Assembly (NCBI RefSeq): GCF_009914755.1
Contig: NC_060932.1
DNA: 64,000 nt
DNA from: the human T2T-CHM13v2.0 reference genome, Homo sapiens
Direction: 5' to 3' (one strand)
Shown here: positions 12,700 through 28,697 of the stretch, piece after piece
Numbering within the stretch: position 1 is the first letter of the stretch
How the letters are laid out: every line of letters starts with the position of its first letter
Notes under the pieces: generated by a model
Databases searched by the model: none
What the model was told of the DNA's origin: nothing
The model's input: only the letters and a program-made list of their open reading frames with translations
Position numbers and translations under genes: made by a program

Positions 12700-12910
12700 G
12701 CAAAAGCACTTGTGTCCAGTTCGAAATCCTGGCTCCACCACTTCTCTGGTTCATAACCTTGAGTGACGTTCTTGCCTTCTCTTGGTTTCTTTTTCTTTTT
12801 TTTTTTAATCTGTAAAATGGAGTTTTTGAGAGGATTGAATGAAGTAATCCATGTAAAGCATCGGGCTCAGTACAGGATGCCTGGTCAGTGTTCAATCATT
12901 GCTGGCTATC
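12700..12910 (+). mobile_element. MIR
   Basis: atctgtaaaatgg...gaggattgaatgaagtaatccatgtaaagca. Confidence 0.7.
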
Positions 12911-13501
12911 TTTATTAGTATTTTAGTGGTATTTAGGCACTGGTGATGTATCCAGACCACATTTGGAAATTTGGACCTGGAGATACAGACCTCACACATG
13001 TATCACAGACAAGAGGGCACACTCGAGGCTGTGGATATCTATACATGGTCTGGAGAGAAAGTAGACAGGAAGAAGAAGAGAGGCCATGTAGACAGGGAAC
13101 TAGGTGTAGCTTTTCATCTAACCAACATTAAGTGGCAGCCCTGACCTTTGGGCAGTGGGAAGCATGGTCACTGATTGTCTTCTTGTGGAATGGGAACAAC
13201 GTTGATGCTGGAGTTAGTTGAGTGCACACCTTGGAGTCAGGTGCTGTGCCCATGTTAATGCTCACTACAAGGCTATGAATTAGGCACTCTTTATTGTGCT
13301 CATTTTATAGATAAAGAAACTGACACATAGAGAAGTATGATGGTGAAGGAGGGTGAGTTCAGCAAGGTAGGGTAGGAGAAAGGGCCTTTCACACAGAGAG
13401 GGGCCACATGAGGAAAGGCAGAGGCCCAGAACAACCTTGGAACAAAGAATGAGAGAGGTACAAAGGGTTGGAAGGCAAGACATGGATGGCATCCACTCTA
13501 G

Positions 13502-13884
<383 letters not shown>

Positions 13885-14454
13885 TGATTCTGTCTTTATT
13901 TAAAATTTTAGTATTTTGTTCATCTTGGAACTTTTACATTCATTTTTCTTTTTTAACAATTGCACTAAAATATTCTTTATCTTGACTGAATTTGTTGGCA
14001 CTCACTTGGATGGACTGAACAGAATGCCAAACTCTTCTAGCCTTCTCGGCCTTGCTGCTTATGAGGCAAATTCCAGCCTGGGTCACTCCCTTGTCCCTTA
14101 GCCAGGAGAAGACAAGGATCCTGATCCCAGCCCCACAGGACAAGAGCCAATGGAAGAGAGGTAATTCCATGGAAAACCAAGGGCTTTCAAAAAGAGAAAA
14201 TGGATCTGGGCACCTAAAACCTAACCAATCTATCTACTACAAGAAGTTCCTCTTTGGGCCATCCAAAGATCCTTGATGGCGGGAAGAAAGCATTCCAGGG
14301 GTGATGAGGAGAGGAAGAAAGGAGAGAGTGGGAAGTGGGGTCGGCACATGGAACATACACAGCCAGGTGGTTAAGAACGTGTGCTACATCGTCATAGGAA
14401 AAATAAAAACAAAAACAAAACAAAAGCAAAACAAAATAAAAGAACCTGTGCTGC

Positions 14455-14640
14455 AGTGGAGAAGGCTGAGTTTTAGCTCAAACACCTACTAGCAGTGTCA
14501 TTTTACCTAGTAACAACGGGGTAAGCCTCAGTTTCCTGGCTATAAAATGGGGATAAAAGTACCCATCTCATAAAGTTGTTGAGAGGATTAAATGAATTTA
14601 GTCATGTAAAAGTGCCTGAGCATAATAAGTATTCATCACT
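14455..14640 (+). mobile_element. MIR
   Basis: agcctcagtttcc...ataaaatggggataa...gttgttgagaggattaaatga. Confidence 0.75.
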
Positions 14641-14654
14641 TTTTTCCTTTGTGT

Positions 14655-14999
<345 letters not shown>

Positions 15000-16016
15000 T
15001 AAAAATTTATTATTTTTCAAGCTGAGTAATGAAGGTGAGAGAGATGGAATAGTAACATGAGGCTTAGGAAGATCCCAGGGAAGGTTTGTTTTGTTTTTCT
15101 CCCAGTTGGGAGAGCAAGAGAAGGGTCCAGTGGAGAGGGAAAAACAGAGGCATGTGGTAAGCAGAGTCTCCGCTGAGTTGGGAATACCATATATATCCTC
15201 AAATTGAGCTCATCCATTCCAATTGAATGATTGGATCAGGTTTGCACATGCTGCTGGCAGTGTGGTCAGAATAAAGCCAGGGTCACTGAGTGCCAGGGCA
15301 GTTTTTCTCCCTGAAAACCTGGCCACGGTACTATACCCAATCAGTGTAAATCCTGGAGTCACTCCTCGTGCCCAGGTCATAAGGATGTGAGATATGATGA
15401 GATCTTTCCCATTACACTGTTAATGAAGCCCCACTCAGCTAAAACACACCCTGAAGGGGCCCTGTAAGATAAACACTCTGGCATTTCCTCTAGAGTTGCT
15501 GAATATCAGGGAAAATGCTTTCCGTTCTTAGGTTATTAATTCTGAAAGCTTCATTTCCAGCTATAATGGACCTTGGTGATAAAAGGGTCAGATAAATGGG
15601 TCACAGCAACAATCTCTTAAGAAAGTAAGGTCTGCTTTTTTTGTGTGTGGAATTAATAAGGGCCTCACCCTCTTCACCTGGGAACCCCAGGAGGTCCAAA
15701 GCAAGCCTTCCCTGACCTTTTGGGGTGAAGTCCCCCACTCCGTGTTTCCATAGAACCTTGAGATCAATGCTGACAAGCCTTAACCACCATGCACAGTCTC
15801 TCCCCTATAGTTTCTGAGGGCAGAGATTCTCTTATTTGCCTCTGTATCCCCAGCATCTATCAGAGTACAAGGCACACAGTGTGTCAACTCATGTCTCATG
15901 AATGAACTTACATGCTTTACAAAACATCATCACAAACCAGCTGTTGGAAAAAAGAACCCTGTCATTTCCTGAATTAGCAAAGTTCAGAGCTGGCTTTTCC
16001 AGCAGGTATGTTGTTC

Positions 16017-16377
16017 TGAAACTGACCAAATAGTCTCATAGACAGTTTCTTCTGATAAACATTTGAAAGTTACCCTTCTGGTCTTAAACCTTGAAACTCA
16101 CCAGATCCAGACAATGAGATGCCAGGCCCCTCATTCATCATGATTGCTTCCTTACTCCTCCCCAGTTCCTGTTTTCTCATACGTAGTTGCATTTCTCCCT
16201 TCCCATATAAACCCCTAATTTTAGTCAGTTAGAGAGATGAATTTGAGACTGATCTCCCATCTCCTCCACTGCAGCACCTGATTGAAGCCTTCTTCCTTGA
16301 CAGTACTCATCTCAGTCATTGACTTTCTATGTGGCGAGCAGCAGGACCTACACCGAAACCCTGGTGTTTCAGTAACA
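16017..16377 (+). mobile_element. ERV1-class solo LTR (LOR1-like)
   Basis: TG...CA termini (tgaaactgacc...cagtaaca), 4-bp TSD GTTC (16013-16016, 16378-16381), TATA-like atataaa near 16205. Confidence 0.8.
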
Positions 16378-16396
16378 GTTCAGGGTGGAAACAACC

Positions 16397-16594
16397 ATGT
16401 GTGTTAACAACAGTAATGATGTTGACAATGTACAGTAACTAAAAGTTGAGTACTTACTGTATACCTGCCATTGTTCCAATGATTCTAATGGCACTATGTG
16501 TGTTAATAACAGTAATGATGCTGACAATGAGCAATAACTAAAATTTGAGTACTTACTGTATGCCTGGCACTGTTCTAATGATTCTGATGGCACT
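16397..16594. repeat. 99-bp tandem duplication
   Basis: 16397-16495 vs 16496-16594, about 11 mismatches by eye, overlapping a MIR end. Confidence 0.9.
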
Positions 16595-17349
16595 TTCTAC
16601 TGATGATCTCATTTAATCTCAAAATAAACCTATAAGGTAAGCTACTAATATGTACATTTTACAGACGAGGAAACTGAGGCTCAGAAAGGTTACACACAGG
16701 GTATTTGTGTTTGGCAATTACCTTCAGGCTCTCTTGCTGCAAACTGAGCTCCAGGGGCCAAAATAAGGCATGGAATTTGCCAACTTTAAATCTAAGGGAT
16801 ATTTTAGTGTGTCTGAGCCATAGATTTATACTGTAAAATAACAGGTCCCTCTAGTCTGGGCCTACTGTTTCAGAAAAAGTGGAAAATACTCCCCCGGTGG
16901 TTTTGTAAATAGTCCTTAATTGAACTCAGCATTGGTATCATTACCACCAAGTTCTGCAATTAACCAGCCTGAAGATTGCTTGCTAGGTTGCAGCTACAGA
17001 GATATTTACATATCCATGTTTTTACTGTAGGCAAGACTTCCAGCATGTAAATTGCTTATCCAGCCATAATCATAGCTGCTAGGAAGCTGCCTGGGGCCAT
17101 TTCAGGGGAATGAGGAAGGGAAAGGATTCCCCTAAAGCCAGCTGTTGCTATCTCAGAATAACAACACTAACAATCAAGAACTAACATATGTACAGTCCTT
17201 TAAAAATTACAAAACACATTCTCATACAGTGACTCGTGTCCATTTTTAATTTCTGTAATAGTAGGGAGGAGAGGACTGCTGTGAGGGTCATTATTTTAAA
17301 GAAGAATCCCCAAACCCCTGTTTCCTCCAGGGCAATATTGTTGTCTTTG

Positions 17350-17720
17350 ATTCAATAAATATTCAGTGAGCACCAACTATGTGCAAGGAACTGTACTAGG
17401 TGCTGGAATGTAATGGTGAACACAATAGACACTGTCCCTGGGCTCATGAAGCTTATAGTCTAAGTGGGGAGAAAGACCTTAACCAAATCATGCATACAAA
17501 TAAATATAAAATTGTAACTACTGCAGTGCCACCAGAGAGGTAAAAATTGCAATGGGATCCTAAAATAGAGAGATTTAATCAAGATCAGGAAAAACTTTTC
17601 TGAGCTGTGATAATTAGGAGTTAACTAGGCAAAGAAAGAAAAAAGAGCATTTCATGAACAGGCAACAGCATGTGTAAAGAACCAACACATGTCTAGAACT
17701 AAGAGCATGTGTAAAGTCTC
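17350..17720 (-). mobile_element. L2 3' fragment
   Basis: ttcaataaatattcagtgagcaccaactatgtgcaagg...gtccctgggctcatgaagcttatagtct. Confidence 0.7.
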
Positions 17721-17918
17721 TAGAACCAAAGGAAGTTATCATTTCTGCCAAATGACCAACCTATTTTCTGCCATATTTTATTGGCTGAGGCCTTTTTAAA
17801 AAAGCATCATTAGAATATAGAATCTTAGAAATGGAAGGGATTTTTCAGGGTGCTGTAGTCCAGGTAACAAACAGTAGGTGCATAGCTGATTTTTGAATGA
17901 ATGGAGTGTCAAAGGAGG

Positions 17919-18258
17919 TGTATCAGTTAGTTTTTGCTGAATAACAAACTATCCCCAAACTAAGTGGCTTAAACAACCATCCAGCCCTTCATTCTGTGGA
18001 TTGGTGATTTGGATGGAATCAGCTGGGTAGCTTTCATCTGCTCTAAACTGGGTTTATTTATATACTTACGGACATCCCCCAGGTCAGTCAAAATGGTGTA
18101 TCACTTTTTTCTGTGATTGCTAATCTTCCAGCAGGTTAGACTAGGTTTGTTGATACAGCAGCAGGGTTCTGAGAGAAGCAAAAGAGGTTGCTAGGCCTTT
18201 TATTGCCTCAGGTTCAGGACTCTCACAACCTCATTTCTGCCATATTCTGTTGGCTGAG
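17919..18258 (-). mobile_element. MLT1-family LTR fragment
   Basis: tgtatcagttag...taacaaactatccccaaactaagtggcttaaacaac. Confidence 0.7.
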
Positions 18259-18629
18259 GCTTTTTTTTTTTTTTTTTTTTTTAATGATCAATAGAATATA
18301 GAATCTGAGAGATGGAAGGGATTTTTCAGGGCGCTCTAGTCCAGGTAACAAACAGTAGGTGCATAGCTGAATGAATGGAAAGATGAACACACCACACATG
18401 CCCATCTTCAGCAGTTCCAGCCCGTGGAATATAGCGCTAATGGGCTGGACTGGTTTCTCTACCTTGAGTTTATTTTTAATTTCACATCCTTGCCCCCATC
18501 CACAGTGAGGTCAGAGAGGTGTATCTAAAATGTCAACCTCACCTTACAACCTTCAATGTTTCCCCAGTGCCTGCCAAGCCTATTTGTCATCAAAATCACC
18601 AGGATAGGCTGTTTTAAATACTGACTTTG

Positions 18630-18841
<212 letters not shown>

Positions 18842-19224
18842 TTAGATCCAGCAACCGATCCAGCTTTTGGGTACCAGTGGGCTGCCAGGCAGTCAGATTC
18901 AAGTTTTGCAAAGAAGGTTTTCTAGCATTATTGATCTCATCAGCTCAGACACTTGCCTTCTTAAAAAAAACTCATACTCCTCCCTCTGCACTACCCCCAG
19001 AACTGATGTCTTCCTTCATTGTGAACCCAATATATCCTGTAGAGACTTTAAAAAATCATATTGTTATTCAAAATGCATTATTAAAATTGGTATACATATT
19101 TGCCACACTCCCACTCCCCGCCCCAGCCCTTTTCCCACTCCAAGTAGATTGTCAGGTCCTTGAGGGTCATATTCATTATATTAACTTCAGTGCTTACTGG
19201 AGGTCTCAGTGCAAAATTGATCCA

Positions 19225-19665
19225 ATGAACCCAAGTGTTCATTGACGGATGAATGGATAAACAAAATGTGGTATGTACACAAAATGCAGTATTATTCAGC
19301 CTTAAAAAGGAAGGAAATTCTAACGCATACCTCAATAGAAATGACCCTTGAGAACATTACGCTAAGTGAAAAAAGCCAGTCATGAAATAATCTATGATTC
19401 CACTTATATGAGATACTTTGAGCAGTCAAATTCAGAGACAGAAAGTAGAATGGTGGTTGCTAGGGGCTAGGAGGAAAGGGAGTAAGGTTGTTTAATGGGT
19501 GCAGAGTTTCAGTTTTGCAAGATGAAAATAATTCTGGAGATGGATGGTGGTGATGGTTGTACAACAATATGAATGTCCTTAATACCACAACTTTTAAGTA
19601 CATTTAAATATGGTTAGGATGGTCAATTTTATGTTATGTGTATTTTCCCACAATTAAATTTTTTT
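19225..19665 (+). mobile_element. L1M (L1MB-like) 3' end
   Basis: gatgaatggataaacaaaatgtggtat...gacagaaagtagaatggtggttgc. Confidence 0.85.
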
Positions 19666-20104
19666 TTAAAGTTGAACTGCTGAAAGTATAGATGGCCACC
19701 AGGCAGTTATTGAATGCCTCCAGGCTTGGGATATTTCCTGACACATGACTTTGCCAGAGACCAGCTCATGAGTTTGATTATAACTTGGATTCTTTAAGAT
19801 AATGGCTCTGCACTTATTCCATGAGCCACTGATGAGTGCCAGTCAGCTGAGGTTAGGCCAGCGCTGCTAGCTCCCGGCCGTCTCTGCCTGGCTCCTGAGG
19901 CTTGGCCCCTCTCCCATTTTCTGCTCCAGTCCTGTTGTGGTCTCGGCACTGTTCTTGCTTGCAGACTTGGTGTAGCTCTGCCTCGGTGGCTGTCTCTGTT
20001 CCCAGCTTCCCACAGCTCATTGACCCTGCCCCAGGCAGACCCAGGGGACTCAACCCCAGCTCATGTCAGCCTCCTTGGAAGAAGAAACCAGATAAAAGTT
20101 CTGT

Positions 20105-20225
20105 TTCTTTCTTTTCTTTTTCCTTCCTTCCTTCCTTCCTTCCTTCCTTCCTTCCTTCCTTCCTTCCTTCCTTTCTCTTTCTTTTCTTTCCTTCCTTCCT
20201 TCCTTCCTTTTTCTTCCTTCCTTCC
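20105..20225. repeat. (TTCC)n microsatellite at an Alu tail
   Basis: Direct reading. Confidence 0.95.
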
Positions 20226-20521
<296 letters not shown>

Positions 20522-22566
20522 ATCCTGAAGATGCTTTCTTAAATAGAGCCAAGGCTCCTGTGCTTATAATGCTCTATGGTTCAGATCCTACCTGCTGGAG
20601 TAACGCAGGACAAGTCCCATCCCTTTCCCATACAGCATCTCTGCAAAAATTCAAGCATTCAAACACAGCTCTGATGATCCTCCCCGAGTCTCCCAGATCT
20701 TGTTTCTCGGATAACAGACTTCTAGATCCTTCCCCCTACCCAGTTGCCCTTGCCTGACCCCATGAGAGTTGTTTCATGTCCTCTTGAAACACGGCCCTCA
20801 GAAGTCAGTAAATTCTCCAGATGGCATCTGACCAGTGCAGAGAAGGCCAGGATTATTATTTCCACTACATGGACCCCAATGTGCTGGCTCTTGAAATGAA
20901 TCCAGATAGCCGTTATGTTTTTAAACTTGACTATAAACTCAAAGTCTGCTTGTTTAACCACACACTTTATACGTCAGCTGAAAGTGAAATCAAACCGATG
21001 TACTTGAAACTTCAGATTGTCTAAGATCTCTAATTGCAGTACACATTGAGCAGCCACTGAGCCATTTCCATTGTTTTAATATCTTTCCATTAATTTGTCT
21101 GAAAAGTTAACTAATTTGCATATGAAGCCACAGCATCTCTGGCTGTCACCCCATTTACAGGCATGACTCAAATTTCACAGGCTGGTTGCCCTCACTTGCC
21201 TGAGCAGGATGTCACCTCCCTCCCTGCAGGATCTGACCCAGTTATTTCAGGGATCTCCAAGGGGATCTCCTGTGGGTTCTAAACAAACCCCTAAGGTTCA
21301 TCTACTCCAGCTTCTTCGTGACCATCGGCTGCCCTTGAAGCCCTCCCACCAGGTACCTGCAGCGTTCTGCCACAAGAACGAGAACACGGCATCCCTGCCA
21401 TGGATCCCTTAGAGCCTCTAAAGCTCTTTTCCAAACCTAGCACCCCCTTGTCCCAGGCCCCTCAGTGGTTCTGTTTGCACCTTTGTCTTTCAGAGTCTCT
21501 GCTGCTGCCAGACAGTCCCCTTTCTGCAGGGATGGCCACAAGGAATGCTTCAAGGGGCTCCTCTTCCCTCTATTTTTATCAGTCACCCCCAAATCAAATC
21601 AAAACGTAGTATGTAAAGTATGACTAGAAACATCTTTAGAATTCTTTGCCATTTTTGATGTCTAACACACAAACTAAGCAAAAGATGTGATTGTCATGCT
21701 CACATAGCTCTGACACCCGGGAAGTCATCTAGCACATTTCCCGTGCCCTCCTCCCGCCCCATTCTGTCCAGATGATAAGGCTGAGACCCAACAGGAGAAG
21801 TTACTTAAACAGAAAGATCATGTTAAAACGTTAAAACCAGGAATAAATCCCAGTCTCCTGTGATCCCCAGGAAATCAAAGGAAAAAATTCTTTCCTAACA
21901 AAACGAATCACCTTCATGATATTTATCTGGAAACCACAAGATACTTTTTTTAAGTGAATGAGAAATTATATTTTGTGATAAACACCTAGCAAGCAGTTCA
22001 TCCAACCTGTTACTCACCCTTTGCCCCAATCTTTTACTATCCCTTTCCATCACCTACCAACTATGTTTTAGTTAGGAAAAGATTGACAAAATCCAGCAGT
22101 GATATTGCTGGAAAACATGAAGTTGATTTTTTTTCTTAACTGTAAGTTGAACAAGTTTGTTCTTGAGGGCAAATGCTAAAAAAAAGATAAGCACGTGAAT
22201 CTCTTATTTTTCTGACATTGAAAGCTGATTTTCCTTTCCTATTAGATTTGCTATTTTCTCTGTATGTAGTCTCTGACCCAGGCTTTTCTTTGAATCATGG
22301 AAAAATTATTACTCCTATCTGTGCCTCAGTTTCCTCATATGTAGAATGGACTTTCATGGTGCCTCCAATGATTGCTAAGTGAAAAATGGTACCCAGCAAG
22401 CAGGTGACAAGCGTTCCATCCATTCATGTACTCATCACAGGTTTATGGATCCAATAAATATTTACTGAGTACCAACTATGTGACAGGCACTGTTCTTGGT
22501 GCTTAGAGTACCTCAGTGAACAAAATTAAACAAAAAAGACAAAAATCCCTGCCCATGTGGAGCCTA

Positions 22567-22944
<378 letters not shown>

Positions 22945-23109
22945 CTACAGTGTAGAAAAACACAGCACAGCAGGTAAGGGGAGGTCAGAGAAACTAGGGT
23001 GGGGTGGGGTAGAACCAAGACTGCTGTTTTTGAAAATTGCAGTAAAATATACACAACATAAAATTTAAGTGTACATTTCAGTGGCATTAGGCATTCAAAT
23101 TGTTGTGCA

Positions 23110-23246
23110 TAATCCCAGCTACTCAGGAGGCTGAGGCAGGAGAATCGCGTGAACCCAGGAGGCGGAGGTGCAATGAGCTGAGATCGTACCATTTCACTCC
23201 AGCCTGGGCAACAAGAGTGAGTCTCTGTCTCAAAAAAAAAAAAAAA
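23110..23246 (+). mobile_element. 5'-truncated Alu right arm
   Basis: Starts at taatcccagctac; perfect TSD aaattgttgtgca; sits in an antisense L1M fragment (~23035-23880). Confidence 0.9.
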
Positions 23247-23290
23247 ATTGTTGTGCAACTGTCACTAACATTTGTCTCTGGAACCTTTTT

Positions 23291-23578
23291 TGTTTTGAGA
23301 TGGAGTCTTGCTCTGTCGCCCAGGCTTGAGTGCAGTGGCGAGATCTTGGATCACTGAACCTCCACCTCCGGGGCTCAGACAGTTCTTCTGCCTCAGCCTC
23401 CCGAGTAGCTGGGATTAGAGGCATGTGCCACCATGTCCAGCTAATTTTTGTATTTTTACAAAACAAAAAAAAGTTTTTGTATTTTTACAAAACCAAAAAA
23501 TTGTTCTGTATTTTTACAAAACAAAAAAAAATTTTTGTATTTTTACAAAACAATTTTTTTTTGTATTTTTATAAAATA

Positions 23579-23621
<43 letters not shown>

Positions 23622-23732
23622 GGGGTTTCACCATGTTGGCCAGACTGGTCTTGCATCCCTGACCTCAGGTGATCTGCCTGCCTCGGACTCCCAAAGTGCC
23701 CGGATTACAGGCATGAGCCACCATATCCGGCC
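23291..23732 (-). mobile_element. AluS with expanded central linker
   Basis: Arms separated by ~170 bp of tandem AT-rich units; TSD gaaccttttt. Confidence 0.9.
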
Positions 23733-24002
23733 CAGAACCTTTTTGTCATGTCAATTTGAAACTCTGTACTGATCAAACAACAACTCTCCATTCCTTCTCC
23801 CACCCCAGTCCCTGGCAACCACCATTCTACCTTGTCTCTCTGTGAATGTGACTACACTAGGGTACCTCATGTAAGTGGAGAGGGAGTTTCTGGGATTCAC
23901 TGTTTATTGCCAGCAACCAGCATAGCACTCAGTAGAGGCTCAATAGGTAATGAGTATTGTGGACTGATGTGGACCACCTCTAGGAAAACTATCCTATAGA
24001 CC

Positions 24003-25267
<1,265 letters not shown>

Positions 25268-25867
25268 TATAAATCTAATTTTTAAAAAGTGGATCAAAGG
25301 AAAATAGTCTATGATAATTGACTATTGTGATATGTGAATAGAACAAGAATCTTGAAGATTAATATGCTGTAGCTGGCATTTGCCTAATTTTTTGATGCTG
25401 GATATCTGAGCCTCACCTTGATTGGGGGCAACATTCCAGATGTGAGTGAGTCTTCCTGGAAGGCAGCATCCCTTCATCTTATAGAAGCCGACAAAGTCAG
25501 CCTTTCTTTGCTCCATGGCTACTAGGTGGGGCGAGAGACTTAGTCTGGACCTATTGAGTGCTCCCAGGATTTCACATGTACAGTGAGATGCAGGGACAGG
25601 GAATATTATCTACAGTGGTTGCCAGAGATTCAAAAGTCCATCAACAAAAATCTATGACAGTAAAACATATACCTACCTTATGACCCAGTAATTCTACTGG
25701 AATTGCTATACTTAAGAAAAATTAGTGAATATGTCTACCAAAAGACAGGTCTAAGCATTTTTATAGCAGCATAACTTACCACAACCAAAAACTAAATGTA
25801 ACTCAAAGGTTCATTAAAAGGAGAATGGATAAAACATTTTGGTAAATTATACATCAGAGTACTACAC

Positions 25868-25908
<41 letters not shown>
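25868..25908. repeat. (AAT)n microsatellite
   Basis: Direct reading. Confidence 0.95.
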
Positions 25909-25909
<1 letters not shown>

Positions 25910-25911
25910 TA

Positions 25912-26214
<303 letters not shown>

Positions 26215-26260
26215 CTATGAACAATACTGCAAGTAACCACATGGACAAATCTCACAGATA

Positions 26261-26264
<4 letters not shown>

Positions 26265-26308
<44 letters not shown>
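26265..26308. repeat. (GA)n microsatellite
   Basis: Direct reading. Confidence 0.95.
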
Positions 26309-26310
<2 letters not shown>

Positions 26311-26432
26311 CCCTAGGCACAAAAGAGAAAGCCTAGGCATAAAAGAGTATATACAGAGTAGATATTGTTTGGCTCTATCTACGTGAAGTTCAACAACAGG
26401 TAAAACTAATCAATAGTAATAGAAGTCAGAAA

Positions 26433-26556
26433 AACCTGGATGTGGTGGTTGTGCGCCAGTAGTCCCAGCGACTTGGGAGGCTGAGACAGCAGAATCCCTT
26501 GAGATTGTGCCACTGCACTCCAGCCTGGGCAACAGAGTGAGACTCTGTCTCAAAAA
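26433..26556 (+). mobile_element. Deleted Alu right-arm fragment
   Basis: agtcccagcgacttgggaggctgag...cactgcactccagcctgggcaacagagtgagac. Confidence 0.8.
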
Positions 26557-28544
26557 GAAGTGACTGCTTTTAGGGGGAATCCTTTGTCAACTGGGAGAGG
26601 GCATAAGAAAGCCCTCTGAGGTGTTAGAAATACTGTATATTTTGAACAGAGTGGTGGTTACATAGGCATAGATGTATTTGAGATGCGCACATGAGATTTG
26701 TGCCCTTAGCGCTATATAAATTATATCTCAACTAAAAAGAAAACAAAGCCCAGTAGCCGAAGTAGTGTCCGGAGTTGGCAGCCCTGGTGTCTGCGCTCTA
26801 ATTAGACTATTGCTGTGACAAGCTCTTGGCTGTGTTCTCAGCTTCCCAGCTTGGTCCCCGGTGCTGTGGGAGCCAGGTTTTCTAGCCTACTTCTTCATCC
26901 CTGAGCAGCCTGCTTGCTATCCTGCCAATAAATTCTTTTTATACTCATGTTAGCCCAAGTCAGTCTCTGCTGTTTGCAGTCAAGTACCCTAACAGGCATA
27001 CTAGCACATAACAGAGGACTAAATGACTGCTGGAAACCCCCCAGCTCTGACCTTGGGCCGTGACACCCACGTAGGATTCCCCCCGGTATCTAAGCAGCTC
27101 CTTGAAAAGCTGGCGGGCTTAAAGATGCTTTCAAATTGGAAGATGTCACTGCATGGTCGCCATCTCAGCCATAATATAAACATGAAAAAATCAAACCGGG
27201 GGCTGATGTTTCCCAAGAAGACCACTTTAATGCTTTTAAAAAATATATTAAATTATTTCCATTTTTTTCCTTTGTCTCTGGCAACCCCACTCTGTTGGCG
27301 ACCTCAACCCTTTCTTAGCGTGTAACCTCTGGAAAGTAGGATCAAATAAAACAACAAACGTGATTGTGCTTTGTAAATTGTACAGAACCAAGATACAGGA
27401 AAGGCATTATTATTAGGTTAAAAAAGGCAAAGGAAATTGGTGTGTGAAATGCTCAGCTGGTTTGAAACATTAAAAGCATTTAAAACCATGCTTTACAAGG
27501 CTGCCTAATTGCAAAAGCTATAAACTGTCTTGAGAAAACAACCATAAAAAAGCATGACATTTCAAAATGTAATACAAGTCAGGACCAACTATCTCCTGAT
27601 GGTTATTGTAGCAGAATTGTTATTTTGGTTTAATGGGACACTTACAAAATACAATTAGATCTTTAGACTGGCAGAATAAAAGCACATAATGAAATGAAGA
27701 TAGCAGGTATATTGGAAGATAATGTTACATAAGGAGATTATTTTGGTGAACTTTATTTGAATCAGGATGATTCATAATTGTATAATTAGATACTTCAATT
27801 TAAACATGAAATGCAGTAAATTACGCAAGTAGCAAACAGAGCATCTCTCCCTGGTAGTTTTCAATGAGATATATTAATGTGACATGGACATTGGGTTTTT
27901 TGTTTCTGTTTTTTTTTTTCAGACAACAAATTGTGATTAGTTGATAGCCTGGTGTCTGCAAACATTTCCTCTTAGGTTGAAACATGAGCATTCAGGGTAC
28001 CAGTTCTTTCTCCTGTGTTCACACATCATTCCCTGAAGCCTGGGTCCCCTGGAGAGCTCTTGTACCATCCCAGCCTGGATGTTCCCAGGTGGCCCCATCA
28101 GCAGTGCGTTATGGGAGCTGTTCACAGAATTGCAGGGAGGGCCTTTGCCTGCAGACTTCCTTGCCTTCTGACCCTCTGTTTGCCAGTGGTGTTGGTGCTG
28201 AAATCTCAGACTGATGATTTGATTCTGGAATCAGACTGGCTTTCCTGTCCCTTCCTCCTGCCATCTTGGTTCAGCTGTTTCAGTCAGGACCTGCCTGGGG
28301 CAAGGGCACATTGGTCACATACGAGGTGACTAATTCATTCATTGAAAATTAGACATTCAGGTACACTTTTATAAACTGGACAGCTCATCTTCCTTATAAT
28401 GTCTCAGTTGAGACTCATTCACCCTAAGATTAGACATTGTTTTCAGTATCTTTGCAGCCCTTTTATGCAAGTGAGAAAGTACAGAAGATGACCACTCGCC
28501 TGAGACCTTGTGGCTAGTGGCAAAAAAGGGATCAAACTCGGGTT

Positions 28545-28697
28545 CAGCGTTGCTTAGATAATTTGGTCCCTGTGCAAAATGAAAACATGCAACTTCCTGT
28601 TCAAAAATTATTGTTAATTTCAAGATGCCGACAGCATGAAACCAAGCTTGGGCCTGATGCATGCCTACATAAATCGCATGTCCATCAAGCCAGCCCT
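28545..28697 (-). mobile_element. MER45A-like hAT MITE
   Basis: gtgcaaaatgaaaa...ttcaaaaattatt...tttcaagatgccgacagca is the reverse complement of the MER45 pattern. Confidence 0.7.
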
